From Candidatus Kuenenia stuttgartensis (GTDB lineage Bacteria; Planctomycetota; Planctomycetia; Pirellulales; UBA1268): a DNA stretch of 64,000 bases. Below are positions 1 to 9,617 of the stretch, in pieces. The stretch spans positions 3,932 through 67,931 of the forward strand of contig CAMDDJ010000004.1 in NCBI GenBank assembly GCA_945891385.1, given 5' to 3'. Made by a program: the position numbers and the translations under genes. How positions within the stretch are numbered: position 1 is the stretch's first letter; every line of letters starts with the position of its first letter. The notes under the pieces are model-generated. The model was not told where the DNA came from and ran no database searches. It worked only from the letters and a program-made list of their open reading frames with translations.

Positions 1-379
1 TCGCTGGGCTTCTGGGATCAAAAATCCGCCGGGAGAAATCGAGCTGTGCGTGAAGGCTTGCCTCTTCCATGTAAGGCAGGATTTCGGCGAACAGACTCCA
101 GCCCGGGCCGGTCTCCGTCACCGGAGTCGTCGCTGCGTCGGTGACGGTCGAGGTAAATCCCGGCGGCAGTCGGCGCTGGCCGTCGTGGTAGATGTGCAAC
201 GCCACGCCCATCTGCTTGAGATTGTTGAGACTCGACATGCGGCGGGCCGCACCGCGTGCGCCCTGCACGGCCGGCAGCAGCAGGCCGATGAGCGTGCTGA
301 TGACGGCGATCACCACCAGCAACTCAACCAAGGAAAAACCAGGTCGGGAACAACGAGCGTTTGAAACACCAGCCATCAT
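1..379 (-). CDS. DUF1559-type protein with prepilin-type N-terminal cleavage/methylation domain (C-terminus runs off the window)
   Basis: Not in ORF track (no stop in window). My reverse-strand translation from ATG at 379 reads [66 protein letters not shown]... [14 protein letters not shown] is the pilin-like methylation motif. SLNNLKQ.G.A.H.Y is the H-X9-DG/DUF1559 signature. Confidence 0.85.
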   Translation of the reverse strand, partial: MMAGVSNARCSRPGFSLVELLVVIAVISTLIGLLLPAVQGARGAARRMSSLNNLKQMGVALHIYHDGQRRLPPGFTSTVTDAATTPVTETGPGWSLFAEILPYMEEASLHAQLDFSRRIFDPRSPA

Positions 380-493
380 GTCCATCTCCTGAGAGGTGAC
401 GTCGCCAGGGAGTTCGGAGTGGCTGGCTGACCGACGGGCAGGACCCGGGCTGGCTGGCTCCGCCAAACGGCTTGACATCCATTTGGCGGGATC

Positions 494-512
494 GATATTG
501 AGAATCGGTATC
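494..512. promoter_or_regulatory. candidate Fur box upstream of hemP-like gene
   Basis: GATATTGAGAATCGGTATC matches the Fur consensus GATAATGATAATCATTATC at 15/19 positions (my count). It lies in a locally AT-richer stretch about 73 nt upstream of the ATG at 585. Confidence 0.4.
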
Positions 513-584
513 GAACGAAAAGATGATATTCACATAGGGAATTGCGTCAAGTGGGTTACGGCCCAAAAAAGGCCGCAAAATTCG

Positions 585-812
585 ATGAAATCGCCCGATG
601 ACGATGCCCAGTTGGCTGAGCCGGCCGATGTTTCCGTCGGCAATGAGCCGCCGGGAAACAGCGTGCAAACAGGCTCCGCGGCCCAGAGCGACGGGAGCCC
701 GATCCTCTCGGAATCGCTGCTGCGCGGCCGAAACGCGGTGCAGATCCTGCATCGCGGCGAGCTCTATCGGCTCTGCCTGACGCGAGCCGGCAAGCTCATC
801 CTTCACAAGTAA
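585..812 (+). CDS. hemP: hemin uptake protein HemP/HmuP-like small protein
   Basis: Internal ATG of ORF 396..812. The C-terminus ILSESLLRGRNAVQILHRGELYRLCLTRAGKLILHK fits the HemP pattern (..L..g...v.I.H.G..Y.LR.T..GKLIL.K). Size is 75 aa. Confidence 0.7.
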   Translation: MKSPDDDAQLAEPADVSVGNEPPGNSVQTGSAAQSDGSPILSESLLRGRNAVQILHRGELYRLCLTRAGKLILHK

Positions 813-1011
813 CGATGAGGTGTACGGATTTCAGTTCTCGCCGAGGTTCGTCCGCGGCAAAGCTCCCTGGCTGTCAATCAGCGAACCGAGTCACCCCGCG
901 AGGGACGGCCTCCGAACCGCTGTGCCTGACCCGCGTGGCCGGGCCGATGCAAGTCGCTACAGATGACGCGGCCCGTTGGGTAAACTCCTGTAACACTCCT
1001 GGAGATCTTCC

Positions 1012-2388
1012 ATGCCAGCCAGCCAGCGGCCTACCCGTCGGACGTTCCTCGGAGCCTCAGCCGCCGGAGTTGCGGCCGCTCGTGGCTCCGTCCTCGTACC
1101 CGCATTCGTACCCGCATTCGTACCCGCGTTTGCCTGGACCCAGGCCGCCTTTGCCAACACCTCGGCAAACGACCGGCCCCGGATCGGCTGCATCGGCACC
1201 GGCTCGATGGGCACCGGCGACGCCCACGATCACGCCCGGTTCGGCGACATCCTGGCCGTCTGCGACGTCGACAACCGCCATGCCGAGCGGTGCCGCAACG
1301 ACGAGCGGGCCGGCAAGGGCAAGGCCGACGTCTACCGCGACTATCGCCGCGTGCTCGAACGGCCCGACATCGACGTGGTGAGCATCGTCACCCCCGACCA
1401 CTGGCACGTGAAGATCGCGATCGAGGCCCTCGAGGCCGGCAAGCATGTCTTCTGCCAGAAGCCGCTCTCGCTCACGCTCGAGGAGAACCAGTTGGCCCGG
1501 GCGGCGGCCCGGAAGCATCCCGGCCTGCAGTTCTTCATCGGCACCCAGCAGCGGAGCGACCGCGACCGGTTCCTGCGGGCGGTGAACATGGTCCACAAGG
1601 GGCTGCTCGGCCCGATCAAGAAGGTGACGGTCGGGATCAACGGCAGCCCCACGGGCGGCCCCTTCCCGGTAGCCGAGGTGCCCCGGGAACTCGACTGGGA
1701 GATGTGGCTCGGCCAGGCGGCCGACGTGCCCTACCGCGAGCGGCGGTGCCACTATGAATTTCGCTGGTGGTACGAGTATTCCGGCGGCAAGTTCACCGAC
1801 TGGGGCGCCCACCACGTCGACATCGCCCAGTGGGCCCTGCGGCAGGACGAGCAGGGCAAGGGGCCCGTCACGATCGACGGCACCGATGCCAAGCATCCGG
1901 TACCGTTCGAGAACGGTTATCCGACGGTCGACGATTGCTACAACACGTCCCACGATTTCGCCATCGGCTGTACCTTCCCCGACGGCGTGGAGATGGTCGT
2001 CACGAGCCGGGGCGACAACGGGATCCTGTTCGAAGGAGAGAAGGGTCGGATCTTCGTCAACCGCGAGCGGATCACCGGCAAGCCGATCGAAGAGGGGTGG
2101 GACAAGGATCAGTTCACCGCAGCCGACGTGACGGCCCTCTACAAGGGCAAGCCGTTCGAAGGCCACAAGGAGAACTTCTACCGCTGCATCCGCGAGGGAG
2201 GCCTGCCGGTCTCCGACGTCTTCAGCCACGTCATGGCGATGAACACCTGCCACCTCGCCGCGATCGCCGCCCGGCTCGGCCGGACGATCCGCTGGGATCC
2301 GGCAGCCGAGCGGATCGTCGGCGACGACCAGGCGGCGGCCTTCATGGCCCGCACGCCCCGGGCCGGCTACGAGATTCCGCGGGCCTGA
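1012..2388 (+). CDS. Gfo/Idh/MocA family oxidoreductase with twin-arginine (TAT) signal
   Basis: 458-aa ORF. N-terminus carries TRRTFLGASAAG (S/T-RR-x-FL motif). A Rossmann start IGCIGTGSMG follows, then EKPL-like CQKPLSL. Confidence 0.85.
   Translation: MPASQRPTRRTFLGASAAGVAAARGSVLVPAFVPAFVPAFAWTQAAFANTSANDRPRIGCIGTGSMGTGDAHDHARFGDILAVCDVDNRHAERCRNDERAGKGKADVYRDYRRVLERPDIDVVSIVTPDHWHVKIAIEALEAGKHVFCQKPLSLTLEENQLARAAARKHPGLQFFIGTQQRSDRDRFLRAVNMVHKGLLGPIKKVTVGINGSPTGGPFPVAEVPRELDWEMWLGQAADVPYRERRCHYEFRWWYEYSGGKFTDWGAHHVDIAQWALRQDEQGKGPVTIDGTDAKHPVPFENGYPTVDDCYNTSHDFAIGCTFPDGVEMVVTSRGDNGILFEGEKGRIFVNRERITGKPIEEGWDKDQFTAADVTALYKGKPFEGHKENFYRCIREGGLPVSDVFSHVMAMNTCHLAAIAARLGRTIRWDPAAERIVGDDQAAAFMARTPRAGYEIPRA
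1096..1131 (+). repeat. 12-nt tandem repeat x3 inside the TAT signal peptide (VPAF VPAF VPAF)
   Basis: GTACCCGCATTC GTACCCGCATTC GTACCCGCGTTT read directly. In frame, it encodes VPAFVPAFVPAF. Confidence 0.9.
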
Positions 2389-3869
2389 CCGAGCCGGTTT
2401 CCCACGGCATAGCCGAGGAACCCGCAGCCCAGGCCCCAGAAGTCGGAGGGCACCGTGGTGATGGCGGCCACGAGGCCGTCGGGCTCCGGGCCGGCGACGT
2501 GCTCGATCGCGAACGTGACCAGCCAGGCCCCGAAGCCCAGGAGCATCGAGAGCACTCCGGCCCATTCGCTCCGGGGCCGACCGTAGATGCCCATCACGAC
2601 CGGCACGAACAGGGCGACGAGCTGGATCGACAAGGCCACGTCGAGCAGTTCCATCAGCGACTTGCCCCACATCGCCAGGGCGATCCCGCCGAGCGATACG
2701 AGCACCACGCAGAGCCGGTCTCGCACCAGGCCCCCGGCGTCGAAGCCCGGGATTCGTGCGAGCAGGTTGTGGCCCAGGATCGTGGCCGGTGCGAGCACGG
2801 CGCTCGTGGCCGTGGAGACCACCATCGACATCACGGCGATCACGAACACCACGAGCATCCCGGTCGAGAGATACTCGCCGGCGAGGAAGCCAACCGGATC
2901 GAGCGTGCCTTCGGGGTGGGTCACGAGCGACGCCAGCCCGAGCGTGACCGGGAGCATGCCGAACGCCAGGTAGAGCACCCCGGCGAGGATGCAGGCGTAC
3001 ATGGCGGTATTGGGGCTCTTGGCCGCAAACACCCGCTGCTGGAGATCCTGGCCAGGGATGTTGCCGAACAGGCCGGTGGCCCAGGCTCCCAGCCAGCCGA
3101 GGAGCACGGCGAGCGAGGGGTCGGCCGGCACGATCCGGAGATGATCGGGGTGGGTTTCCGCCACCCGGGTGAACACGGTGGCGAGGCCCCGCAAGGGATC
3201 GCCATTTCCGAGCTGGGGAGCGGAGAGCGCAGCCGCGGTCAGCACGACGAGTCCGGCCAGGGCGATCACGATCTGGACGGTGTCGGTGAGGGTGACCGAC
3301 CACATTCCGCCGATCAGCGTGTAGACGAGCGTGACGGCGGCCACGATCAGGATGCCCGTCGCGAGCGGGATGCCGAAGTAGAGGTCGAGAATGCGCGCGA
3401 GCGCCGTGTACTGCAGTGCCACCCAGGAGAAGTAAGCCGGCACCTGGATGCAGGCTCCCACCAGTTCGGCCCGCGGTCCGTACTTCACCCGGTTGAAGTC
3501 GGCCATCGTGTACAGCTCCATCCGCCAGAGCGGCCGAGCGAAAAAGATGCCGGCCAGGATCAGCGTCCCGGCACAGGCGAAGGGGTCGAGCACCACGCCG
3601 AGCAGGCCCTCCTCCCGGGCCGCCCCGGCGGCGGCGAACATCGTCGCCGCCCCGAACCAGGTCGCGATCAGCGTGCCCCAGGCGAGGAACAGCGGCAGCC
3701 GGCGGCCGGCCACGACGTAGTCAGCCTCGTTCTCGACCTTCCGGCTGGCGTAGATGCTGATGCCGAGCAGGAACACCACGTAGCCGACGAGCGCCCAGCC
3801 CAGAAGCCGGACCGCTCCGGGCTCGAGCGCGAGTGCGGGCAGTTCACCTTGGGCCAAAAGCGGCATCAT
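2367..3869 (-). CDS. sodium:solute symporter (SSS) family transporter
   Basis: 500-aa multi-TM ORF. N-terminal SRKVENEADYVVAGRRLPLFLAWGTLIATWFGAA is typical of the SSS family. Confidence 0.8.
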   Translation of the reverse strand: MMPLLAQGELPALALEPGAVRLLGWALVGYVVFLLGISIYASRKVENEADYVVAGRRLPLFLAWGTLIATWFGAATMFAAAGAAREEGLLGVVLDPFACAGTLILAGIFFARPLWRMELYTMADFNRVKYGPRAELVGACIQVPAYFSWVALQYTALARILDLYFGIPLATGILIVAAVTLVYTLIGGMWSVTLTDTVQIVIALAGLVVLTAAALSAPQLGNGDPLRGLATVFTRVAETHPDHLRIVPADPSLAVLLGWLGAWATGLFGNIPGQDLQQRVFAAKSPNTAMYACILAGVLYLAFGMLPVTLGLASLVTHPEGTLDPVGFLAGEYLSTGMLVVFVIAVMSMVVSTATSAVLAPATILGHNLLARIPGFDAGGLVRDRLCVVLVSLGGIALAMWGKSLMELLDVALSIQLVALFVPVVMGIYGRPRSEWAGVLSMLLGFGAWLVTFAIEHVAGPEPDGLVAAITTVPSDFWGLGCGFLGYAVGNRLGQARGIS

Positions 3870-3961
3870 GCTGGTTGAATCTATCGTCGGTCGCCCGATT
3901 GGTGAACGTCAGCCGTCGCCGGTATCATCGGCCGCGTCCGCGTACCTGGAAATTTGAGCCC

Positions 3962-5422
3962 ATGGCCTCCGCCGCGCCGGTGACGATCGTCTGGTTTCGG
4001 CGGGATCTTCGGATCGACGACAATCCCGCGCTGGCCGCCGCCGCCGGTCGTGGGGCGGTGGTGCCCGTCTTCGTCCACGCGCCGGAGGAGGAGGCTCCTT
4101 GGGAGCCCGGGGCCGCGTCGCGGTGGTGGCTGCACCACTCGCTCGAACGGCTGACGGCTGCCCTGGCGAAGGCGGGGACGTCGCTCGTGATCCGTCGCGG
4201 ACCGTCGCTCGCGGCACTTCGCACGGTGGCGAAAGAGTCCGGTGCCACCCACGTCGTCTGGAACCGGTGCTACGAGCCGGTGGTCGTCGCCCGAGACACG
4301 GCCATCAAGCAGGCCCTCGCTGCCGACGGCCTCGGCGTGGAGAGCTTCAACGGCGGACTGCTGTACGAGCCGGTGCACGTGGCCACCAAAGAGGGGAAGC
4401 CGTATCAGGTTTTCACCCCGTTCTGGCGGTCGCTGGTAGCCCGGGACGAGCCGGCAGAACCGACGGACGCTCCCAAAAAACTCAGGCCCGCTCCGGCCGT
4501 GGTGGGCATGAAGAGCCTGGCGATCGACTCCCTCGAGCTGCGGCCTGAACTCGGCTGGGCCGCCACGATGGCGAAGACCTGGGAGCCTGGTGAGGCAGGC
4601 GCCCGGAAGCGGCTTGTGTCCTTCCTCGATCAGGGACTCGCGGGCTATGGCACCGAGCGAGATCGCCCCGATCACGACGGCACGAGCAGCCTCTCGCCCC
4701 ATCTGCACTTTGGTGAGATCTCGCCGCGACGGGTCTGGCATGCGGTGCGACAGCGGGCTGGGGGCACGCCGGCCGCAAAGCTCACCGGCAGCCCCGAGGT
4801 CTACCTGCGGGAACTCGGCTGGCGGGAATTCGCCAGCCATCTGCTCTACCACTTTCCCCACACCACCGACGCGCCGCTGCGGAGCGACTACGCCCGGTTT
4901 CCCTGGGCCGACGATCCGGTTGGCCTCGCGGCCTGGCAGCGGGGGCGAACCGGCTTTCCGATCGTGGACGCGGGCATGCGGCAGCTCTGGGCCACCGGCT
5001 GGATGCACAACCGTGTCCGGATGATCGTGGCGAGCTTTCTGGTGAAGGATCTGCGGGTCACCTGGCTCGAGGGGGCCCGCTGGTTCTGGGACACGCTCGT
5101 CGATGCCGACCTCGCGGCCAACACCCTCGGCTGGCAGTGGGCCGCCGGCTGCGGAGCCGACGCGGCCCCGTATTTCCGGGTCTTCAATCCCACGACCCAG
5201 GGCACGAAGTTCGATCCCGACGGAACCTATGTCCGCCGCTGGGTGCCGGAGCTGGCGAAGCTCTCCTCCCGCGACATCCACGAGCCGTCGCAGGCCGCGC
5301 CGCTCCTGCTCCGTGAGGCGGGCGTGGCGATCGGTCGCGACTACCCCGAGCCGATCGTGGATCATGCCGAGGCGCGAAAGCGGGCGCTCGAGGCGCTCGC
5401 ACACGTGACCCGCAGTCGGTGA
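3962..5422 (+). CDS. phr: deoxyribodipyrimidine photolyase / cryptochrome family
   Basis: Internal ATG of ORF 3833..5422. Motifs: TIVWFRRDLRIDDNPAL, GWMHNRVRMIVASFL, WQWAAGCGADAAPYFRVFNPTTQG. Confidence 0.9.
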   Translation: MASAAPVTIVWFRRDLRIDDNPALAAAAGRGAVVPVFVHAPEEEAPWEPGAASRWWLHHSLERLTAALAKAGTSLVIRRGPSLAALRTVAKESGATHVVWNRCYEPVVVARDTAIKQALAADGLGVESFNGGLLYEPVHVATKEGKPYQVFTPFWRSLVARDEPAEPTDAPKKLRPAPAVVGMKSLAIDSLELRPELGWAATMAKTWEPGEAGARKRLVSFLDQGLAGYGTERDRPDHDGTSSLSPHLHFGEISPRRVWHAVRQRAGGTPAAKLTGSPEVYLRELGWREFASHLLYHFPHTTDAPLRSDYARFPWADDPVGLAAWQRGRTGFPIVDAGMRQLWATGWMHNRVRMIVASFLVKDLRVTWLEGARWFWDTLVDADLAANTLGWQWAAGCGADAAPYFRVFNPTTQGTKFDPDGTYVRRWVPELAKLSSRDIHEPSQAAPLLLREAGVAIGRDYPEPIVDHAEARKRALEALAHVTRSR

Positions 5423-5441
5423 ACCCGCGAATGACCCACGG

Positions 5442-6371
5442 TCACTCGAGCTTTGCCTGCAGCCCGCGGATCGCCCGCAGGGCGTCTTTCTGTTGCTGGG
5501 GGTCGCCTACCTTCGAGGCCGCCTTCTCCGCTTCGGCGAGGAGGGTTTTCGCGGTCGGGGCATCCCCGACGGCCAGAGAGGCCTTGGCGACGGCCAGGAG
5601 CGCGTAGCTGCGGTTCGCGGGGAAGTCGTCGATCGCCTTGGCGGCTTTGGCCGCCTCGTCGAGGAGGGCCTTCGCAGCCTCCTTCTCGCCGGCGGCCGCT
5701 CGCACGGCCGCGGCCGCGGCAAAGGCCTCGGCCTTCGGCCGCAGGTCGTCGAGCGTGCGGGCAAGTTCTTCGAGGCTGCCGATCATGTCCTGGGCCGCTG
5801 CGGCAAGTCCGGCATCGGCGTAGCCGGTGGCCACGGCGGCGAGCGCCTTGCCCCGAAACCGCTCCGGAACCTGGGAACTCGCGATCTGCGAGGCTTCGGC
5901 GAGGGTCGCCTCGGCTGTGGCTCGGTCGCCCAGCCCATTCTCGCGGCTGCCCTGGACGGTGCCGATCTGGGCCAGCAGGCAGGCCTGGCCGAGAGGATCG
6001 TCCGCGAGTCGTTTGGTCATGGCGACGGCCGTGGCGACCGCCTTCTGGGCGCTGGCCCGCTCACCGATCGCCGCGTAGGTCGTGGCGATCTCAACGAGCA
6101 CCGGTACCGCGGCCAGCGGCTGGCCATCGGCCGGGATGGCGGCGAGCGCCTCACCGAGGGTCTTGGCCGCACCCGTCTTGTCGGCTCCCGCCTGCTGCAC
6201 GGCCACCCGGGTGAGTTCCCGGGCCTGCGCTTCGGGGGTCTTGGCCTTGCGGGCCCGGGCCAGCATGTCGGCAATCGTGGGTGGCGACTTCTTGGCGCCA
6301 CAGCCCGACACGCTCGCCCCGAGGAGGCAGAGGGAGCCGAGGAGCAGGGCCGAGGTGACGAGGCGATGCAT
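5442..6371 (-). CDS. Ala-rich repeat (TPR-like) lipoprotein, function unknown
   Basis: Start at MHRLVTSALLLGSLCLLGASVSGC, a signal peptide plus lipobox-like SGC. The rest is Ala/Leu-rich helical repeats. The upstream part of ORF 5442..6524 overlaps a repeat element and is probably not coding. Confidence 0.65.
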   Translation of the reverse strand: MHRLVTSALLLGSLCLLGASVSGCGAKKSPPTIADMLARARKAKTPEAQARELTRVAVQQAGADKTGAAKTLGEALAAIPADGQPLAAVPVLVEIATTYAAIGERASAQKAVATAVAMTKRLADDPLGQACLLAQIGTVQGSRENGLGDRATAEATLAEASQIASSQVPERFRGKALAAVATGYADAGLAAAAQDMIGSLEELARTLDDLRPKAEAFAAAAAVRAAAGEKEAAKALLDEAAKAAKAIDDFPANRSYALLAVAKASLAVGDAPTAKTLLAEAEKAASKVGDPQQQKDALRAIRGLQAKLE

Positions 6372-6426
6372 GGCAAAATCTCCGGAGAGCGATCGACGAG
6401 ACCGCGAAATGGTTACGTTGAGCAAC

Positions 6427-6503
6427 GGCGAAGGGTCGGCAAAAGTCTCGTCGCGGGCGAAGATACGCCCTAATGCTCCTCGAGCGTTCGCCGACCCCTC
6501 GCC
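6427..6503 (+). repeat. intergenic repeat family, copy 1 (single unit with 14-nt terminal inverted repeats)
   Basis: GGCGAAGGGTCGGCAAAAGTCTCGTCGCGGGCGAAGATACGCCCTAATGCTCCTCGAGCGTTCGCCGACCCCTCGCC. The arms GGCGAAGGGTCGGC and GCCGACCCCTCGCC are near-perfect reverse complements. The core is about 90% identical to the copies at 35878-35944 and 40019-40086. Confidence 0.9.
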
Positions 6504-6594
6504 CCCCTCTCGTAGTCTGTCCAAGTTATCTCAGATGCAGTCGGTGGCGCCGCCGAGCCGGGCGATCCCGGCCGGCGATGCCAGTGGGCATGGA

Positions 6595-7869
6595 TCAGAA
6601 CTTCAGCCGGGCCCGCTGCAGTCGGGCGTGGGCTTCGGCCATCAGGTCGTCTTCGGCAGTTTCGTCTTCCGCTTCGTACGTGGCGGAGAACCGGAGAAAT
6701 GGACCGCAGTCGTCCCAGGGCACGGTCGAGATCGACAGTTCGTGGATCAGGAACTGGCTCGCCTCCTGGGCGCTCGCGAACACGCGGTCACCCGCGCCGG
6801 TCGGGCTCTTTGTGTAGAGGAAGTAGGTGCCGCCGGGCATTTCGCAATCGAAGCCCACTGCCCGCAGCACACCCACGAGTTTCTCGAGCCGGCGGCGATA
6901 CTTCTCCCGCACGCGACGGGGAATCTCCGGGTCACCCAGGGCGGCGGCGGCGGCCTTCTGGATGGCCATGAACTGCCCTGAGTCGCAGTTGTCCTTGATG
7001 TCGGCGAAGGCCCGCACCAGCCGTTCGTGGCCGCAGACCCAGCCCATCCGCCAGCCGATCATGTGGAAGCCCTTCGACATCGAATGGACCTCGAGGCCCA
7101 CCTCCTTGGCCCCGTCGACCGACAGGAACGACAGCGGGGCATCGTCGTAGGAAAGCATCATGTGGGCCGCATCCTGAATCACGACCACGCGGTGCCGGTG
7201 GGCCCAGTCGACGACCTTCGTGTAGAACTCCCGCGTCGCCGTCCGGCCGGTGGGGCTGTTGGGATAACAGAGAACGAGGAGCTTCGTGCGGGCGAGCACG
7301 TCGGCTGGGATGCTCTCCAGGTCGGGCAGGAAGCCGTGTTCCGGAACCAGCGGCAGGGGATGCACCGTGCCCCCAAACCATTTCGTGGCCGTGCCGGCCA
7401 CGGGATAGCCGGGCACCGTCATCAGCGTCACGTCGCCTGGATTGATGAACGCGGCCGGCAGCATCGCGTAGGCCGTCTTCGAGCCGATGCAGTGATTGAT
7501 CTCCTTGACCGGATCGAGTGTCACGCCGAACTCCCGCTGCATGAAGGCCGCGGCCGCCTGCTTGAACTCGGCGATCCCGTTGTCGGCATAGCCGCGGTTT
7601 TCGGGCCGGTCGATCTCCCGCCGCATCACGGCCCGGACGCTCTCGGGGGCCATTTCGTCGTTCTCACCGATCCCAAAGTCGAGCATCCGCCGTTCGGGGT
7701 GGTCGGCGAGCGCCTGTCGCTTGGCCCGTTTGATGAGCTCAAACTTGTAGATCGCGGTGCCTTTGCCAAAGGCTGCTCCACCGATCCGGTCGGCGAAGTG
7801 ATCCTGGAACCAAGGGTCGGAGCCGGTGGCAGAGGCGGGCTGGGTGGACGCTGGCGTCGATGCTGTCAT
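6595..7869 (-). CDS. class I/II PLP-dependent aminotransferase (LL-diaminopimelate aminotransferase-like)
   Basis: 424-aa ORF. Motifs: DFGIGENDEMAP, NPGDVTLM, YPNSPTG, and SMSKGFHMIGWRMGW (PLP lysine motif SxSK....G.R.G). Confidence 0.75.
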   Translation of the reverse strand: MTASTPASTQPASATGSDPWFQDHFADRIGGAAFGKGTAIYKFELIKRAKRQALADHPERRMLDFGIGENDEMAPESVRAVMRREIDRPENRGYADNGIAEFKQAAAAFMQREFGVTLDPVKEINHCIGSKTAYAMLPAAFINPGDVTLMTVPGYPVAGTATKWFGGTVHPLPLVPEHGFLPDLESIPADVLARTKLLVLCYPNSPTGRTATREFYTKVVDWAHRHRVVVIQDAAHMMLSYDDAPLSFLSVDGAKEVGLEVHSMSKGFHMIGWRMGWVCGHERLVRAFADIKDNCDSGQFMAIQKAAAAALGDPEIPRRVREKYRRRLEKLVGVLRAVGFDCEMPGGTYFLYTKSPTGAGDRVFASAQEASQFLIHELSISTVPWDDCGPFLRFSATYEAEDETAEDDLMAEAHARLQRARLKF

Positions 7870-8022
7870 GGAGTCGGATGGGCGGTAGGGAATGAGAGGA
7901 AAAACGCGACTCGTGATAAGGGTACGGTTTTTGGGTTCGGGATACCAAGGGATTCCGATTGCGAGCGGCCATGCCCGGCGGCAGGCGAGCGGCTGGCCGC
8001 TGACACGGTGGCCGCGGTTCGC

Positions 8023-9111
8023 TCAGCCGATCGTGGCCACGACGTTTGCGAGGTAGGCCTCGAGATCGGGCGGCAGGCCCCCGGCTTGGGTCGCCTCGTC
8101 TACTTGCAGCCGCAGGGCCTCCACGCATTCATCCGGGGTGGCGTCGTCGGGCAGCCCGATCACCCGGTCGAGCGGCACGTGCGAGTCGCCGGAGAGGAAC
8201 CGAAAGAGTTGGGAAATCGAGTGCAACAGCGGGCTGCCGGTGCGGGTCGCCGTGTCTTCGAGGAGCGTGCCGACCAATCGCGAGTTGAGCGCCAGCCGCC
8301 GCTGCACCTCGGCTGCCGTCGCGGCGCGGAAGCCTGGCTCCTCCTTGAGTCGGGCGAAGCGGTCCGCGTCGATCACGAATACCTCGAGCCGGTTCGCCTC
8401 TTGGGTCGTGACCGTGGCCACGGCCGGCTGCTCGCGGAGCCGCCGGTCGTAGGCGTCGCGAAACCGATCGTGGGCCGCGAGATCGCGGGGCAACCGGGTG
8501 AGCCCGGTGAACCCTGCGAGTTGGTAGAGGATCGTGCAGAGCGGGCCGGCGAGGTCGCGGCCTGCTCTGCTGTCGGGCGGGACTCCGCAGAGGCCGAGCC
8601 CGCGGCGGATCGACTCGATGAAGGCGGTGGCCACATACGTGTAGTCAGCCTCGTAGTCAGGTCGCACGCGGACGCGGCCCTCGCCGGTCGGCGTCACGAC
8701 GCCGGCGACGTGGTGCCGAAGGTTCACCATCCGGATGATCTCGGCGAATTCAGGGGACGATCCTGGAAAGACGAATCCACCGGAGAAAAAGTCGCTCGTG
8801 CCCCCGATTCGCTCGCCCGCCCGGAAGTGGCCCTCGTTGCGAAACGAGGTGGTGACGATCGAACTCACAAGCAGCGTGCGGTAGATGCCTCCCCAGGCGA
8901 ATCCCATGGCATCGAAGGCAAAGCGGCCGCGGTGCGCGATCAGGTTTCGCAGCGTGCAGAACCGCCAGGCGAGCCGCCGCCCCGTCACGCGACGGATCGC
9001 ATCCCAGTCATCATCCGCAAGCAAGGCGAGGGGGGCGATCTCATCAGCCGCAAGATAGTCGGCGAGGGTCCCGCGCTCGTCAGGCTTGTTCGGGGAGGGA
9101 GCGTTGGGCAT
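8023..9111 (-). CDS. paralog A of the 19260..20921 protein (MpaB/DUF2236-like N-domain is tentative); lacks most of the cNMP-binding-like domain
   Basis: 362 aa, collinear with the 553-aa protein at 19260..20921 (for example FAWGGIYRTL, VNLRHHVAGVV, EPGFRAATAAEVQRRL, QLFRFL.GDSHV, and both end in TIG). It skips about 198 residues at LRE|QPAVATV. Confidence 0.8.
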   Translation of the reverse strand: MPNAPSPNKPDERGTLADYLAADEIAPLALLADDDWDAIRRVTGRRLAWRFCTLRNLIAHRGRFAFDAMGFAWGGIYRTLLVSSIVTTSFRNEGHFRAGERIGGTSDFFSGGFVFPGSSPEFAEIIRMVNLRHHVAGVVTPTGEGRVRVRPDYEADYTYVATAFIESIRRGLGLCGVPPDSRAGRDLAGPLCTILYQLAGFTGLTRLPRDLAAHDRFRDAYDRRLREQPAVATVTTQEANRLEVFVIDADRFARLKEEPGFRAATAAEVQRRLALNSRLVGTLLEDTATRTGSPLLHSISQLFRFLSGDSHVPLDRVIGLPDDATPDECVEALRLQVDEATQAGGLPPDLEAYLANVVATIG

Positions 9112-9233
9112 CGAGGCAACGGGTCGGGGCGAATGTGCGACGCAGCGGGGCGTGATCGACCCGTGATTCGTATTCTGCCGTCATCGCTTTTGCTCGTGCA
9201 ACGATCCGGGCCGTGGCATCTGCCGATCGCGGG

Positions 9234-9593
9234 TCAGCCGCGGGCGATCTGATTCCGTTCGTCGAGCACGATGATGGCAGGGACGTGCCGCGCGGTGGCC
9301 GCGGCATCCACCCAGGCAAACGACATGATCGTGAGGCGGTCGCCAGGCTTCCCCAGATGGGCCGTTGCCCCGTTGAGTTCGATCGTCCCGGAGCCAGATT
9401 TTCCGTAGATCACGTAGGTCTCAAACCGCTCGCCGTTGGCGAGGTTGCCGACGAGGATTCGCTCATAGGGCAGCAGGCCCACCCGTTCCGCCAGGTCGGC
9501 GGCGATCGTGAGGCTGCCCTCGTAATCGACGGAGGCTCCCGTCACGACGGCGCGGTGAATCTTGGACTTGAGCAGCGAGGTCATCATGGCCAT
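9234..9593 (-). CDS. panD: aspartate 1-decarboxylase
   Basis: 119 aa. Motifs: LKSKIHRAVVTGASVDYEGSLTI (self-processing G-S site), ERFETYVI, GDRLTIMSF. Confidence 0.95.
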   Translation of the reverse strand: MAMMTSLLKSKIHRAVVTGASVDYEGSLTIAADLAERVGLLPYERILVGNLANGERFETYVIYGKSGSGTIELNGATAHLGKPGDRLTIMSFAWVDAAATARHVPAIIVLDERNQIARG

Positions 9594-9617
9594 TAGTGTA
9601 GCGTCCTCGGGGTGTGG

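Noticed and set aside
1057-3303. Very long ORFs overlapping or antisense to confidently assigned genes. Examples: 1057..3303(-), 1767..3878(+), 7027..9252(+), 15702..17717(-), 17716..19647(+), 38963..40129(-), 42670..44457(+), 61620..63788(-)
   Set aside because: Their translations are Arg/Pro/Gly/Ala-rich with no motifs, and they sit opposite genes with strong family signatures. This is the typical stop-codon-poor artefact of high-GC DNA.
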